Source: an uncultured bacterium
GTDB taxonomy: Bacteria > CAZSTA01
Direction of reading: 5' to 3'
NCBI GenBank assembly: GCA_964609495.1
Contig: CAZSTA010000005.1
Span: 1-45,371, forward strand
Length of the DNA stretch: 45,371 bases
Part shown: positions 29,597-39,335 of the stretch, piece by piece
Layout of the letters: every line of letters starts with the position of its first letter
Position numbering within the stretch: position 1 is the stretch's first letter
Translations under genes and position numbers: made by a program
Notes under the pieces: model-generated
Databases searched by the model: none
What the model was told of the DNA's origin: nothing
Seen by the model: the letters and a program-made list of their open reading frames with translations, nothing else

Positions 29597-29971
29597 CTAC
29601 TTCTTCTTTCTTCTCACGCCAACGGTCTTCGCGGGACCCTTACTAGTCCTGGCATTAGTATGAGTGCGCTGTCCCCTAACCGGAAGCCCTCGGCGATGTC
29701 TTAAACCTCGATATGAGCCAATATCCATAAGTCTCTTGATATTGTTGGTGACTTCTCTCCTCAGATCTCCTTCCACTCGATAGTTATTATTGATCTCCTC
29801 TCTTATCTTCGTTATCTCCTGCTCAGTGAGATCCTTTACTCGAGTATCAGGATTGACTTCTGCGGCTTTTAAAATATTCTTAGAGCTACTTAAACCTATC
29901 CCATAAATATAGCTTAGAGCTATCTCCACTCTCTTATCCCTAGGCAAGTCCACCCCTGATATTCTAGCCAT
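29597..29971 (-). CDS. rpsM: 30S ribosomal protein S13
   Basis: [17 protein letters not shown]. Confidence 0.99.
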   Translation of the reverse strand: MARISGVDLPRDKRVEIALSYIYGIGLSSSKNILKAAEVNPDTRVKDLTEQEITKIREEINNNYRVEGDLRREVTNNIKRLMDIGSYRGLRHRRGLPVRGQRTHTNARTSKGPAKTVGVRRKKK

Positions 29972-29987
29972 CTAAAAACCTCCTTTT

Positions 29988-30034
29988 AAGGAAACTTTTG
30001 CTTCGAACAAAACTCAAGATAAAAAAGTTTCCTT
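29988..30034 (+). repeat. Repeat A copy 4 (GGAAAC/GTTTCC variant)
   Basis: AAGGAAACTTTTGC..AACTCAAGAT..AAGTTTCCTT. Confidence 0.8.
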
Positions 30035-30134
30035 ATTCAATACAAATTTGCGATCCCCTCTAGGGAATCCCCCCAGGCGTTAATTCAGCCCCGTCCAAGC
30101 CTATTCAACCCCTATTGCCGAGTTGTGTTGCCCC

Positions 30135-30181
30135 CAATTTCATCCCCGAGGCAAGCCTCGGGGTTTTCTTGGCACAATTTT
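30135..30181. mobile_element. Orphan IS200/IS605 end between rpmJ and rpsM
   Basis: CAATTTCATCCCCGAGGCAAGCCTCGGGGTTTTCTTGGCACAATTTT|ATAA with a perfect subterminal hairpin. Confidence 0.75.
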
Positions 30182-30242
30182 ATAACAGGAATTTTACCTG
30201 GTAAAGTGAGATCCTGCGAGGCTCAAACTTATTCAAATTCCC

Positions 30243-30356
30243 TCATCCCTGTCTCTGCTTATGCCGAGGATTACTACATATAATGCGGACTTTCCCTTTC
30301 CGCTTTATCACCTTACATCTTTCACAGATCGGCTTTACTGATGATCTAACCTTCAT
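30243..30356 (-). CDS. rpmJ: 50S ribosomal protein L36 (absent from the ORF track)
   Basis: Translated by hand: [37 protein letters not shown]. Confidence 0.98.
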   Translation of the reverse strand: MKVRSSVKPICERCKVIKRKGKVRIICSNPRHKQRQG

Positions 30357-31251
30357 CAAAATTCACCTCAGTTTCTCTACCACTCTTTCTTAAGATATCG
30401 TAATTTCTCCTTTTTCCTATCTTTTCATCATATATACTTATATAATCGGTTAAAATATATCCTTCCTTGAAATAATGCTTGAAGAGAAATCCCACTCTTT
30501 CATTCCATTCCTTAGCTACCTCTATATCTCTATCTCTGATTCCTCTAATATAATCTGGAATTTGGACGATAATAAATTTATTCTCTTTAGATATATCTAT
30601 ATCCTTTATCCTCTCGATCCCATCTCTATATTCAACTTCGTTAACTAGGGAAGCCTCATAAGTTGCAAGTAGAGATTCGAGGGCGAGCTCCTCTCTTCGC
30701 CCTTCAATAGCTCTCTTCACTCGCTCACTCTTTATATGCCACTCCACCATAAATCTCATAGATTTAGCCCCCTGATAGTCCGCTAAGCCATCTACTGCGC
30801 TATAACCATATAGATTCTCTACGTAGGTCCTCGTCACAGCGCCTAGCTTGCGAATGTATAAGTTGCTATTCCTTCCCTCTAAAGGATCAAAGGTCCAACG
30901 TAGCTCATTTATTCCAAGTTGGAGAGCGGATTCTCTCTGGGAAAGAGCAAGCCTAAAGCCGATGGAACGATCTCGATATTCTCTATCTACCACTAGGATC
31001 TGCACATAGCGAAATTTCTTCTCCTCCTCCCAGGCGGGAAGAACTAAGATAAAGCCAACTATTCTCCCCTCACAGAATGCTAAGGAAACCGATCCCCCTG
31101 TTTTCTCAGCAGTAATGTAGAGTTGAGCTGGATAACAAGCCCGGTAGTCACTATAACCCTGCGCTCTCCTATGCAATTCTACGCACTCGTAGGCTTCCTC
31201 GGGATCTTCGAGGTGGCTGATTAGGATCTCCTCGGAACCTGCTTCCTTCAT
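30346..31251 (-). CDS. GNAT family acyltransferase (COG3375-like)
   Basis: V..EYR..SIG..L acyl-CoA motif; WTFDPL..RN..L...KLGA....Y..N.YG. Confidence 0.8.
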   Translation of the reverse strand: MKEAGSEEILISHLEDPEEAYECVELHRRAQGYSDYRACYPAQLYITAEKTGGSVSLAFCEGRIVGFILVLPAWEEEKKFRYVQILVVDREYRDRSIGFRLALSQRESALQLGINELRWTFDPLEGRNSNLYIRKLGAVTRTYVENLYGYSAVDGLADYQGAKSMRFMVEWHIKSERVKRAIEGRREELALESLLATYEASLVNEVEYRDGIERIKDIDISKENKFIIVQIPDYIRGIRDRDIEVAKEWNERVGFLFKHYFKEGYILTDYISIYDEKIGKRRNYDILRKSGRETEVNFDEG

Positions 31252-31333
31252 TTTAAAACATAGTCCTCCAGCTTTCTCGGTTCGTTAGATGATTACCCTT
31301 CCATTTCTTTTCGCTGGCATTTACCTCTTCCCC

Positions 31334-31555
31334 TCAACGGCGATATACTATTCTGCCTCGCGTTAGATCATAGGGCGAAAGCTCAACAACTACCCTATCA
31401 CCAGGTAAGATCCTGATATAATGTATTCGCATCTTCCCCGAGATATGAGCTAGAACAGTCTGCCCATCCTTCAATTCTACCCTGAACATCATGTTGGGGA
31501 GGGACTCCGTCACAGTTCCTTCTACCTCGATGATGTCTTTCTTAGTTTTAGCCAC
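31334..31555 (-). CDS. infA: Translation initiation factor IF-1
   Basis: [18 protein letters not shown]. Confidence 0.99.
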   Translation of the reverse strand: MAKTKKDIIEVEGTVTESLPNMMFRVELKDGQTVLAHISGKMRIHYIRILPGDRVVVELSPYDLTRGRIVYRR

Positions 31556-31617
31556 TATCTCACCTCCAATTTCTATATTTTCCCCTAATTGATATAGGAG
31601 GGAAGGATTCCCCCCTC

Positions 31618-32391
31618 TTATTCACCACCTATTATAGTTAAAATATCGGGTCCATCCCTGGAAATAGCCACCGTATTTTCGAAGTGAGCGGATAGGCTGC
31701 CGTCACTAGTAACAACCGTCCAACCATCATTTACCTTCCTAACCGCATATCTGCCGACGTTGACCATAGGCTCGATCGCCAGAACCATTCCCACCTTTAA
31801 GCGAGGACCTCTACCAGGTGGGCCGTAGTTGGGGATCTGAGGATCCTCATGCATATTACTGCCAATGCCATGTCCCACAAAGTCGCGCACCACAGAGAAC
31901 CCGTTATCCTCCACGTAAGATTGAACAGCATGGGATATATCTGACAATCTATTCCCTGCTCTAGCCTTATCTATGCCCCTAAACAGAGCCTCTTCCGTAA
32001 TCCGTAATAATTTTCTAGCCTCCTCTCCCACCTCTCCCACGGGAAAGGTTCTAGCGGCATCCCCACAATAACCTTTATAGATCGTTCCGATATCTACGCT
32101 GACTATATCTCCCTCCCGAATCCTTCTCTCCTCCGAAGGAATACCATGAACTACTTCTTCATTTATAGATATACACGTATTCCCGGGGAAGGGAATAGTT
32201 CCCGGTAGCTGATAATTCTTGAAAGAAGCCTTTGCTCCCTGGCTCTCGATGACCTCCAGAGCGATTCTATCTAATTCAAGCGTGGTCACTCCTGGTTTCA
32301 AATTTTCCTTTATCTCCTGGAGAGCCAAGGCTACGATCCGTCCACTGCGGCGCATATACTCTATCTCTCGTTGGGATTTGATAACTATCAT
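31618..32391 (-). CDS. map: Methionine aminopeptidase type I
   Basis: N.EVVHGIP, GHGIG..MHEDP, SAHFE. Confidence 0.98.
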   Translation of the reverse strand: MIVIKSQREIEYMRRSGRIVALALQEIKENLKPGVTTLELDRIALEVIESQGAKASFKNYQLPGTIPFPGNTCISINEEVVHGIPSEERRIREGDIVSVDIGTIYKGYCGDAARTFPVGEVGEEARKLLRITEEALFRGIDKARAGNRLSDISHAVQSYVEDNGFSVVRDFVGHGIGSNMHEDPQIPNYGPPGRGPRLKVGMVLAIEPMVNVGRYAVRKVNDGWTVVTSDGSLSAHFENTVAISRDGPDILTIIGGE

Positions 32392-32428
32392 AATATACCT
32401 TCAAGGAATTTAGGATTCTTAACCGAAA

Positions 32429-33067
32429 TTAATTCTCAGCAATAAGGGCAAGGATCGCTTTCTGAACCTCGGGAATGGAGGGTTCTCCATCTACCTTCTT
32501 TAGCTTTCCTCTCCTCTCATAATACTCGATAAGAGGCTTAGTCTGAGCAGTGTAAACCTTTAGTCTTCTCTTGATCGTCTCCTCCTTGTCATCATCTCTT
32601 TGGTAAAGTTCTCCCCCACATTTATCACATACTCCCTCCTCTTTAGGGGGACTATATATAAGATGATAGCTAGCGGAACATCTGCGACATAGCCTTCTTC
32701 CCGATATCCTCTTTATAATCTCCTCATCGGAAACCTCTAGTTCAATAACCATTTCGAGCTCCAATTCGTTCAGAGTATCATCTAAAGCCTCGGCTTGAGC
32801 GATCGTCCGGGGGAAGCCATCCAGTATAAATCCCTTCTGGGAAGGATTCTTTAATCTATCCTTAATGATTCCGATCACGATCTCATCAGGGACTAAAGCT
32901 CCAGATCTCACATATCCTTCAGCCTTCTTGCCCAGCTCTGTCCCTTCCTTTATCGCCGCTCGTAATATATCACCGGTGGATATATGAGGGATATCATACT
33001 TGACAGAGAGCATATCCGCTTGAGTCCCCTTGCCGGAACCAGGCGGTCCTAATATGATCAATCTCAC
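32429..33067 (-). CDS. adk: Adenylate kinase
   Basis: GPPGSGKGTQ, LDGFPR, Zn lid. Start moved to GTG 33067 after AAGGAGG. Confidence 0.97.
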   Translation of the reverse strand: MRLIILGPPGSGKGTQADMLSVKYDIPHISTGDILRAAIKEGTELGKKAEGYVRSGALVPDEIVIGIIKDRLKNPSQKGFILDGFPRTIAQAEALDDTLNELELEMVIELEVSDEEIIKRISGRRLCRRCSASYHLIYSPPKEEGVCDKCGGELYQRDDDKEETIKRRLKVYTAQTKPLIEYYERRGKLKKVDGEPSIPEVQKAILALIAEN

Positions 33068-33132
33068 TTCAGCATCCTCCTTCGTAATCTTATAACCCTT
33101 CCCCTCAAATATAGGAGGTGGATTCCTCTCCC

Positions 33133-34431
33133 TTACCACTGACGTCCTTTCAAACGTCCCTTCTTCATAAATCCCTCGTAATGGCGCATCAAGAGATGTG
33201 ATTCTATCTGCTTCATTGTATCCATTGCCACCCCTACAATGATTAGCAGAGAAGTTCCCCCAAAATAGAAGGTCGTGATCCCCGTGACCCTGATCATAAT
33301 CTGAGGCAAGATGGCGATCGAAGCTAAGAAGATAGCTCCGGTTAAGGTTATACGGGATAGGGTTCTATCAAGATAATCCGCGGTTGTTTTCCCCGGTCTG
33401 ATGCCGGGAATAAAGCCACCATACTTCTTCATATTATCGGCTACCTGTATCGGGTTGAAGGTAATAGCGGTATAGAAGTAGGTGAAGAAGATGATCAATG
33501 CACAATAGACCAGATTATACCAAACTCCACTTGGACTTAAGGCATTTCCCATCTGTTTGAAAAAACCCCAGCCCTCGGGGGCATACTGAGCTATCGTTCC
33601 CGGAATAGCTAGGAGGGATACCGCGAAGATGACCGGAATAACCCCAGCGTGATTCACTCTGAGAGGTATATAGGTGCTCTGTCCTCCGTAAACCTTTCGT
33701 CCCACCACTCTCTTAGCATAACGCACTGGGATCTGACGCTGACCTTGTTCAATTAGAACTACCGCGCCGATGACAATGACTGCGATAGCAAGGAAAGCTA
33801 AAACTGATACAGGACCGAAGTTAGTTCCATATAACTGAGCAGTTCGCTTTATCTCGAAGGGATAACGAGAGATGATGCTGGTAAAGATGATGAGCGATAT
33901 CCCATTTCCGATCCCAGACTCGGTTATCCTCTCTCCTAACCACATCAGGAAGGCTACTCCAGCCGTTAGGGTCATTACCATAGTGATTGTAAAAACCCAG
34001 CCGGGATTAGCTACCGCTCCCATTCTCTCGACCCATATACTTAGACCAAAGGCTTGCAAGGCGCCAAAGAAGACCGCTCCATATCTGGTATATTGATTAA
34101 TCTTACGACGTCCTTCCTCTCCCTCTTTGGCTAACTTCTCCAACTGAGGAATTACCACTTGGAGCAATTGCATGATAATCGAGGCGTTAATGTAAGGGAT
34201 TATCCCCATAGCGAAAATCGTGAAGTTCTTAAATGCTCCTCCAGCAAAGAGGTCTATAAGGTCGAAGAGCCCCCCTCCTCCTTGCTGGAATAACTGAGAT
34301 AGCTTAGTCGGATCGATCCCTGGAGTGGGAATATGAGCGCCAATACGATAAACGATCAATAGAGCTAAGGTAAAGAGTATTCTCCTCTTTAAATCGGGCA
34401 CCTTGAAGGCATTAGCTAAAGCCTTTAACAA
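33133..34431 (-). CDS. secY: Preprotein translocase SecY
   Basis: GIIPYINASII, GIGNGISL, FIPGIRPG, GGTSLLI. Confidence 0.99.
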   Translation of the reverse strand: MLKALANAFKVPDLKRRILFTLALLIVYRIGAHIPTPGIDPTKLSQLFQQGGGGLFDLIDLFAGGAFKNFTIFAMGIIPYINASIIMQLLQVVIPQLEKLAKEGEEGRRKINQYTRYGAVFFGALQAFGLSIWVERMGAVANPGWVFTITMVMTLTAGVAFLMWLGERITESGIGNGISLIIFTSIISRYPFEIKRTAQLYGTNFGPVSVLAFLAIAVIVIGAVVLIEQGQRQIPVRYAKRVVGRKVYGGQSTYIPLRVNHAGVIPVIFAVSLLAIPGTIAQYAPEGWGFFKQMGNALSPSGVWYNLVYCALIIFFTYFYTAITFNPIQVADNMKKYGGFIPGIRPGKTTADYLDRTLSRITLTGAIFLASIAILPQIMIRVTGITTFYFGGTSLLIIVGVAMDTMKQIESHLLMRHYEGFMKKGRLKGRQW

Positions 34432-34582
34432 ATTATATCACCTCGCGCTCCTAAAGAATTTACAAACTTGGATAATGCGATATAGCTAGCTTGTCGAGGA
34501 CGCAGAAATTGGTTTATCTCACCCTCCCCTCAAGAGAGGAGGAAAATAGAGGGTAACCCCTTCCTACATCAATTTCGGACGA

Positions 34583-35050
34583 TCAAAGTGGCTCGACTTT
34601 GATCAGGGATTCACTTACTTCTTTGAAGCGTCCTCCCGCAGCTTCGATCTTCTCCTTTGCAGCCTTGGAGAAGCGATGGGCTACCACAGTTAGAGCTTTC
34701 TCCAGTTTCCCATTCCCTAAAATCTTAACCCCATTGTTATTCTTAGTGATGAGGCCTCTCTGAAGGAGTAACTTGGGAGTGACAACGGTGTTCTCCGCAA
34801 AGGCGTTTAAGCTGCGAATATTCACTTCAGCATAATTTTTCTTATTAATATTTTTAAAACCTCTTTTGGGTGATCTCATATAAAGAGGTGTCTGTCCGCC
34901 CTCGAAACCTCGGCGAACCTTGGAGTGAGCCTTCTGTCCTTTCATCCCCCGACCTGCCGAGCCACCATGTCCAGAGCCATATCCTCGCCCTAACTTTTTT
35001 TTGCGTTTTCGCGATCCCTTAGGTGGTTTTAGTTCGTCGATTCTAATCAT
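34583..35050 (-). CDS. rplO: 50S ribosomal protein L15
   Basis: [16 protein letters not shown]. Confidence 0.98.
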   Translation of the reverse strand: MIRIDELKPPKGSRKRKKKLGRGYGSGHGGSAGRGMKGQKAHSKVRRGFEGGQTPLYMRSPKRGFKNINKKNYAEVNIRSLNAFAENTVVTPKLLLQRGLITKNNNGVKILGNGKLEKALTVVAHRFSKAAKEKIEAAGGRFKEVSESLIKVEPL

Positions 35051-35465
35051 CTTAAATCAGGCACGGAGACCCCGACTGATTTTCTTTTCAATCAGTCGGG
35101 GAGGAAGTGCCTACCCTCCTCCCTACTAAAAGTAGTTGGTGTAACAAATGCCCTTGTGGTAGGGGAGGAAGTTGATCTTACCTCCTCCCCATAACAAGGT
35201 TTGGACACTAATATAAAGTGTCCCTCCACCTCACGGTGGGTTAGAGCCTCTTCGGAGCTGTTAGCAAAGGTTTTTAAGCTTACCACACTGTCCCTACCCC
35301 CAGGACTGTTTAATAGCAAGCCACAGAGCTTGGAACGAGAGGAGTATCCCAAGGTGTGTATGTGATCTCTCTCTGCTAACTTCTGCATCTTTCGGTGCCT
35401 CCTAGTCAACCAGGGCTTGGTCTCCCAAGCCCCTACTGATTTTTTAATCAGTAGGGGTAGTTGAC
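35051..35465. mobile_element. Non-autonomous IS200/IS605 element (omegaRNA only, no iscB or tnpA), 415 bp
   Basis: Both ends present: TCAT|..GAGA-hairpin CCCCGACTGATT..AATCAGTCGGGG, and CAAG-hairpin CCCCTACTGATT..AATCAGTAGGGG-TAGTTGAC|. No target duplication. Confidence 0.9.
35203..35465 (-). ncRNA. omegaRNA / HEARO-like RNA scaffold (3' end approximate)
   Basis: Minus strand GTCAACTACCCC..GGGGCTTG..GTTGACTAG..ACACCTTGGGATACTCCTCTCGTTCCAAGCTCTGTG..TTAAACAGTCCTG..GGACAGTG..CCGAAGAGG..CTAACC matches my recollection of IscB omegaRNA layout. Confidence 0.85.
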
Positions 35466-35704
35466 TTCGCTTCTCCTTCACTAGACGATCTTGAGAGGGA
35501 GGGATCCTCCTCTATATTTAAAGAGGCTCGCTCAACCTCTAACAGATATTCCACTTCCTTGATCATCCCTCTTATAACTGGATTATCATCATGCCATACG
35601 ACCTGATTTATCTTCCTTAATCCTAAGGCCTTAACAGTTCTTCTGTGCTTTGGTATCCTTCCTATTAGGCTCTTCTTCAGAGTTACTTTGAGTTTTTCAG
35701 TCAC
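35444..35704 (-). CDS. rpmD: 50S ribosomal protein L30 with a C-terminal extension running into the element
   Basis: [25 protein letters not shown]; start is GTG 35704 or ATG 35722. Confidence 0.93.
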   Translation of the reverse strand: MTEKLKVTLKKSLIGRIPKHRRTVKALGLRKINQVVWHDDNPVIRGMIKEVEYLLEVERASLNIEEDPSLSRSSSEGEAKSTTPTD

Positions 35705-35784
35705 TTCTTCTCTCTCCCTCATTGCAGATCTCTCCATCTTTCTGCTATCCGACGATGTCCCTCCCCCCAAAGTTGGGCTTAACC

Positions 35785-35893
35785 AGAGGAGGAGGAATCC
35801 CCCTAAAAGGTAACTTTCGCAGAAAATCGGGGGGGGAAAATTCTCTCCTCAACCCCCTCTTATACAAATAGGATCAAGGTTAAAAAGTTACCT
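35785..35893 (+). repeat. Repeat B remnant plus repeat A copy 5 (35805-35893) with a B-like unit in its loop
   Basis: AAAAGGTAACTTTCGCAGAAAAT[CGGGGGGGGAAAATTCTCTCCTCAACCCCCTCTTATAC]AAATAGGATCAAGGTTAAAAAGTTACCT. Confidence 0.75.
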
Positions 35894-35896
35894 ACA

Positions 35897-36391
35897 TCAA
35901 GTTATTTCGCCTACTGATTTTCCTCTTACCCGAGCGACCTCCTCAGCCGTTCTAAGGGATCTTAACCCAGCTTCAGTGGCTCTAACTAGGTTTACCTGGT
36001 TAGAACTACCTAATGATTTAGTCAGTATATCCCTTATCCCAGCCATTTCCATAACGGCTCTCACCGGCCCACCGGCGATTACCCCTGTTCCTGAGGAGGC
36101 TGGTTTCAGTAGTACTTTCCCAGCGTGGAATTCCCCGATTACCGAATGGGGAATGGTAGCTCCTACTAGGGGAACGGTGAAGAGGTTCTTTCTACCATCC
36201 TCAACTCCCTTGCGAATAGCATCCGCAACTTCGTTCGCTTTACCGAAGCCGACTCCCACCCTACCGTTTCCATCCCCAACCACCACTAAGGCACTGAAAC
36301 TAAACCTACGACCACCCTTGACGACCTTGGCTACCCGGTTTATATATACTACTTTCTCCTGTAGCTCTATTTCCTCTTCAGCATTATCCAC
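35897..36391 (-). CDS. rpsE: 30S ribosomal protein S5
   Basis: [22 protein letters not shown]. Confidence 0.99.
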   Translation of the reverse strand: MDNAEEEIELQEKVVYINRVAKVVKGGRRFSFSALVVVGDGNGRVGVGFGKANEVADAIRKGVEDGRKNLFTVPLVGATIPHSVIGEFHAGKVLLKPASSGTGVIAGGPVRAVMEMAGIRDILTKSLGSSNQVNLVRATEAGLRSLRTAEEVARVRGKSVGEIT

Positions 36392-36408
36392 ACATCTTCC
36401 TCCTTTAT

Positions 36409-36771
36409 CTAAAATTCGAGCCCTTTCTCCCTAGCCGATGAGGCTAAAGCAGCCACCCGACCGTGATATAGATTCCCTCCCCTATCAAAGACAACCTTTT
36501 TTATCCCCTTCTGGATAGCCCGCTCGGCTATTAGCTCTCCCGCCCTCTTGGCGGCGGTGATATTTCCTCCATAGCTTCCCCTCATATCCTTCTCCAAGGT
36601 TGAAGCCGCGGCAATCGTTCGTCCCAGATCGTCATCAATGACTTGAGCGTATATATGCTTGAGGCTTCTAAAGACAGCCAATCTAGGGATCCCCGCAGTT
36701 CCATGAATCTTTCCTCTTATCCTCTTATGTCTTCTTTTACTTCTATCTCTTCTGTTTTCCTTCTTTATCAT
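36409..36771 (-). CDS. rplR: 50S ribosomal protein L18
   Basis: [20 protein letters not shown]. Confidence 0.99.
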   Translation of the reverse strand: MIKKENRRDRSKRRHKRIRGKIHGTAGIPRLAVFRSLKHIYAQVIDDDLGRTIAAASTLEKDMRGSYGGNITAAKRAGELIAERAIQKGIKKVVFDRGGNLYHGRVAALASSAREKGLEF

Positions 36772-36842
36772 TTTCCTTCACCCCATCCTCGTGGAAAATA
36801 GAAATTGGACGATTTAGCTGATTAGGAAGCCCATTTCTGTAA

Positions 36843-37379
36843 TTAGGCTCCGGCTTTGCCAACCTTATGCCTGACCCTCTCACCGACGTATCTGATTCCA
36901 CTGCCTTTATAGGGTTCGGGCTTCTTGATGTGCTTTATCTCGGAAGCGATCTCGCCCACTAACTGCTTATCTATCCCTTTAACTCGGAAATGGGTGGGAT
37001 CGGTCACCTCGAAGGCTACCCCCTCGGGAGGCTCGATTTCAACTGGATGTGAAAAGCCAACCTGTAGAACCAATTTCGAACCTTGCATCTGAGCTCTATA
37101 TCCTACTCCTCTGATCTCTAGATCCTTTTGGAAGCCATCGGTAACCCCCTTCACCATATTGGCGATGAGGCTACGAGTCAACCCATGTAAAGAGCGATGA
37201 AGGCGGTTATCGGTGGGGCGTCGAACCGAGATCTCCTTCTCATTGATATCGATGATCATATCCGAATGAAAAGTCCTTTTAATTTGGCCCTTTGGTCCCT
37301 TTACGGATAAAGCCTGCCCCTTTAACTTGACTTCTACTCCAGCAGGGATAGGGATTGGTTTCTTTCCAACCCTGGACAT
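36843..37379 (-). CDS. rplF: 50S ribosomal protein L6
   Basis: MSRVGK.PI, GVGYRA, PEPYKG. Confidence 0.99.
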   Translation of the reverse strand: MSRVGKKPIPIPAGVEVKLKGQALSVKGPKGQIKRTFHSDMIIDINEKEISVRRPTDNRLHRSLHGLTRSLIANMVKGVTDGFQKDLEIRGVGYRAQMQGSKLVLQVGFSHPVEIEPPEGVAFEVTDPTHFRVKGIDKQLVGEIASEIKHIKKPEPYKGSGIRYVGERVRHKVGKAGA

Positions 37380-37621
37380 TGAAAAGCCCTCCTTTATTGG
37401 TAATTAGAACCTGACTTCGATGACTACACGATCCTTAACAATGCCGTTATAATCGTTGTCTTCAAAGCTTACAAAATCGATTTTTAAAAATTTAAATAGT
37501 TTCAAAAAATTTCAAAGTTTCGGTGTCTTAGTGGCTTCAATCCCGCCTCTCCGCTTCGGGAGAGATTTCGCTGACCGCCAAACTTGGGTTAGAAAATAGT
37601 ATCCGATATGATTGATACCAA

Positions 37622-38026
37622 TTACCCTACATAACAGAGAACCTCTCCCCCAACTCCCAAATGACGAGCTTGTTTGTCAGTCATTACTCCGCGAGAGGTC
37701 GAGAGGATCGCTATACCGAGGCCACCTATCACCTCCGGGATATTCTCTTTATTAGCATAGATTCTCAAGCCAGGTTTACTAACTCGCTTTAAGTTGACTA
37801 TCACCCTGTCCCGGTCTGGTCCGTAATATTTAAGATAGACTCTAATTATACCTTGTCGCCCATCTATGATATTCTTAAAGTCCCTTATATAGCCCTCGTC
37901 TCTAAGGATTCTGGCTATCTCTCGCTTCAAATTGGAAGCAGGGACATCTACTCGATCATGCTTCTGCTGATTAGCATTTCTTATCCGCGTTAACATATCA
38001 GCGATCGGATCAGTTACATTGCTCAT
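37622..38026 (-). CDS. rpsH: 30S ribosomal protein S8
   Basis: [21 protein letters not shown]. Confidence 0.99.
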   Translation of the reverse strand: MSNVTDPIADMLTRIRNANQQKHDRVDVPASNLKREIARILRDEGYIRDFKNIIDGRQGIIRVYLKYYGPDRDRVIVNLKRVSKPGLRIYANKENIPEVIGGLGIAILSTSRGVMTDKQARHLGVGGEVLCYVG

Positions 38027-38088
38027 AAGCTACCCTGCCCGAATTTCGGTTTACCCGAAATGACAGCAAAAACGGGCTAACACCTCCT

Positions 38089-38274
38089 CTACCAACTCGA
38101 TTTGATGACTCCAGGGATCTCGCCTCGACTGGCCAATTCTCTGAAACAGATTCGGCACATATCGAATTTGCGCATATATCCCCGAGGCCTGCCACATATC
38201 CGACAACGATTATACTTTCGAACCTTGAACTTAGATTCACGCTTGTGCTTCTCTACCAAGGCTTTCTTAGCCAC
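38089..38274 (-). CDS. rpsZ: 30S ribosomal protein S14 (Zn-binding type Z)
   Basis: RCRICGR..CRICFR; 61 aa from GTG 38274. Confidence 0.96.
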   Translation of the reverse strand: MAKKALVEKHKRESKFKVRKYNRCRICGRPRGYMRKFDMCRICFRELASRGEIPGVIKSSW

Positions 38275-38289
38275 TATCATTCCTCCCTT

Positions 38290-38368
38290 AAAAGGTAACT
38301 TTTTGCAGTCAATAGAACTCAAGTGTTCTGGTAACTTTTGCAGACAAAAATATATAAGGTTACCTTTT
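38290..38368 (+). repeat. Repeat A copy 6 (long form with internal duplication)
   Basis: Contains TGTTCTGGTAACTTTTGCAGACAAAAATATATAAGG, shared exactly with copy 8. Confidence 0.8.
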
Positions 38369-38907
38369 TATCTTCCAAAGGGCATTCCTAAAAGCTCCAA
38401 AAAGGCCCTTCCTTCCTCATCAGTATTAGCGGTAGTGACGATGGTTATATCCATCCCCCTGATCTTATCGACATCATCGTAATTGATCTCAGGGAAGATC
38501 AATTGCTCCCTGATCCCTATAGAATAATTTCCCCTCCCATCGAAGGAACGAGGGCTAGTCCCTCGGAAATCCCTGATCCGAGGTAAGGAGACGTTTAAGA
38601 GCTTATCCAAGAAGGCGAACATCCTCTCTCCTCGCAGGGTGACCCTACATCCCACCATCATTCCAGCCCTGATCTTGAAGTTGGCTATTGACTTCTTCGC
38701 CCTGGTGATAATAGGTTTCTGTCCACTTATCTGGGTGAGGCTTCTAACTGCTCCGTCCATAGCTTTAGCGTCCCTAGCCGCCTCCCCTACTCCCATATTT
38801 ATAACCACCTTCTCCAGATGAGGCACCTGCCACCTATTCTTGTAGCCGAACCTCTTCCTCATCGCTGGTATTATTTCTTCCTCATATCTCTGCTTCAATC
38901 TATTCAT
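38368..38907 (-). CDS. rplE: 50S ribosomal protein L5
   Basis: [25 protein letters not shown]. Confidence 0.99.
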   Translation of the reverse strand: MNRLKQRYEEEIIPAMRKRFGYKNRWQVPHLEKVVINMGVGEAARDAKAMDGAVRSLTQISGQKPIITRAKKSIANFKIRAGMMVGCRVTLRGERMFAFLDKLLNVSLPRIRDFRGTSPRSFDGRGNYSIGIREQLIFPEINYDDVDKIRGMDITIVTTANTDEEGRAFLELLGMPFGR

Positions 38908-38964
38908 ATATCATACCTCTTAAAGAAAGGGGGTGATCGATTGACATCCTCGATCTTCCCTTAT

Positions 38965-39309
38965 TTATCTGTCAAGTATCTCTCCGCATTTCTTACAGAT
39001 CCGGACCTTATCTCCACTCTCTATAAAGTTTCTCTTAATCCTAGTAGGTTGGTTGCAAGAGGGACAGAAGATCATCACATTTGAGGCCGAGATAGCCGCC
39101 TCGCGCTCCTGAATTCCGCCCTGAGGAAACTTCTGCGATCTTCTGGCATGCTTCTTGACAAGATTTACACCTTGCACCAGTACCTTATTCTCTTGGGGAT
39201 AGGCACGCAATACCTCGCCTCTTTTTCCCTTATTCTCCCCCGTGATAACTATAACGATATCACCTTTTTTAATATGGATCTTATTCCTCTTTATACTCTT
39301 ATTACTCAT
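38965..39309 (-). CDS. rplX: 50S ribosomal protein L24
   Basis: IKKGD.V.VITG..KGK.G, GVNLVKKH. Confidence 0.98.
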   Translation of the reverse strand: MSNKSIKRNKIHIKKGDIVIVITGENKGKRGEVLRAYPQENKVLVQGVNLVKKHARRSQKFPQGGIQEREAAISASNVMIFCPSCNQPTRIKRNFIESGDKVRICKKCGEILDR

Positions 39310-39335
39310 AAATTCAGCTCCTCCCTCATCATTTC

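Noticed and set aside
33068-33139. 24-aa N-terminal extension of Adk
   Set aside because: Partly derived from a repeat B copy; AAGGAGG precedes GTG 33067, which gives the usual start.
35051-35465. Group I intron / IStron interpretation of the rplO insertion
   Set aside because: I could not identify group I core (P7) or group II domain V motifs; the sequence is accounted for by IS ends plus the omegaRNA.
35092-35481. 129-aa ORF across the omegaRNA element
   Set aside because: It runs through the structured RNA scaffold, has no protein motif and begins inside rpmD; treated as spurious.
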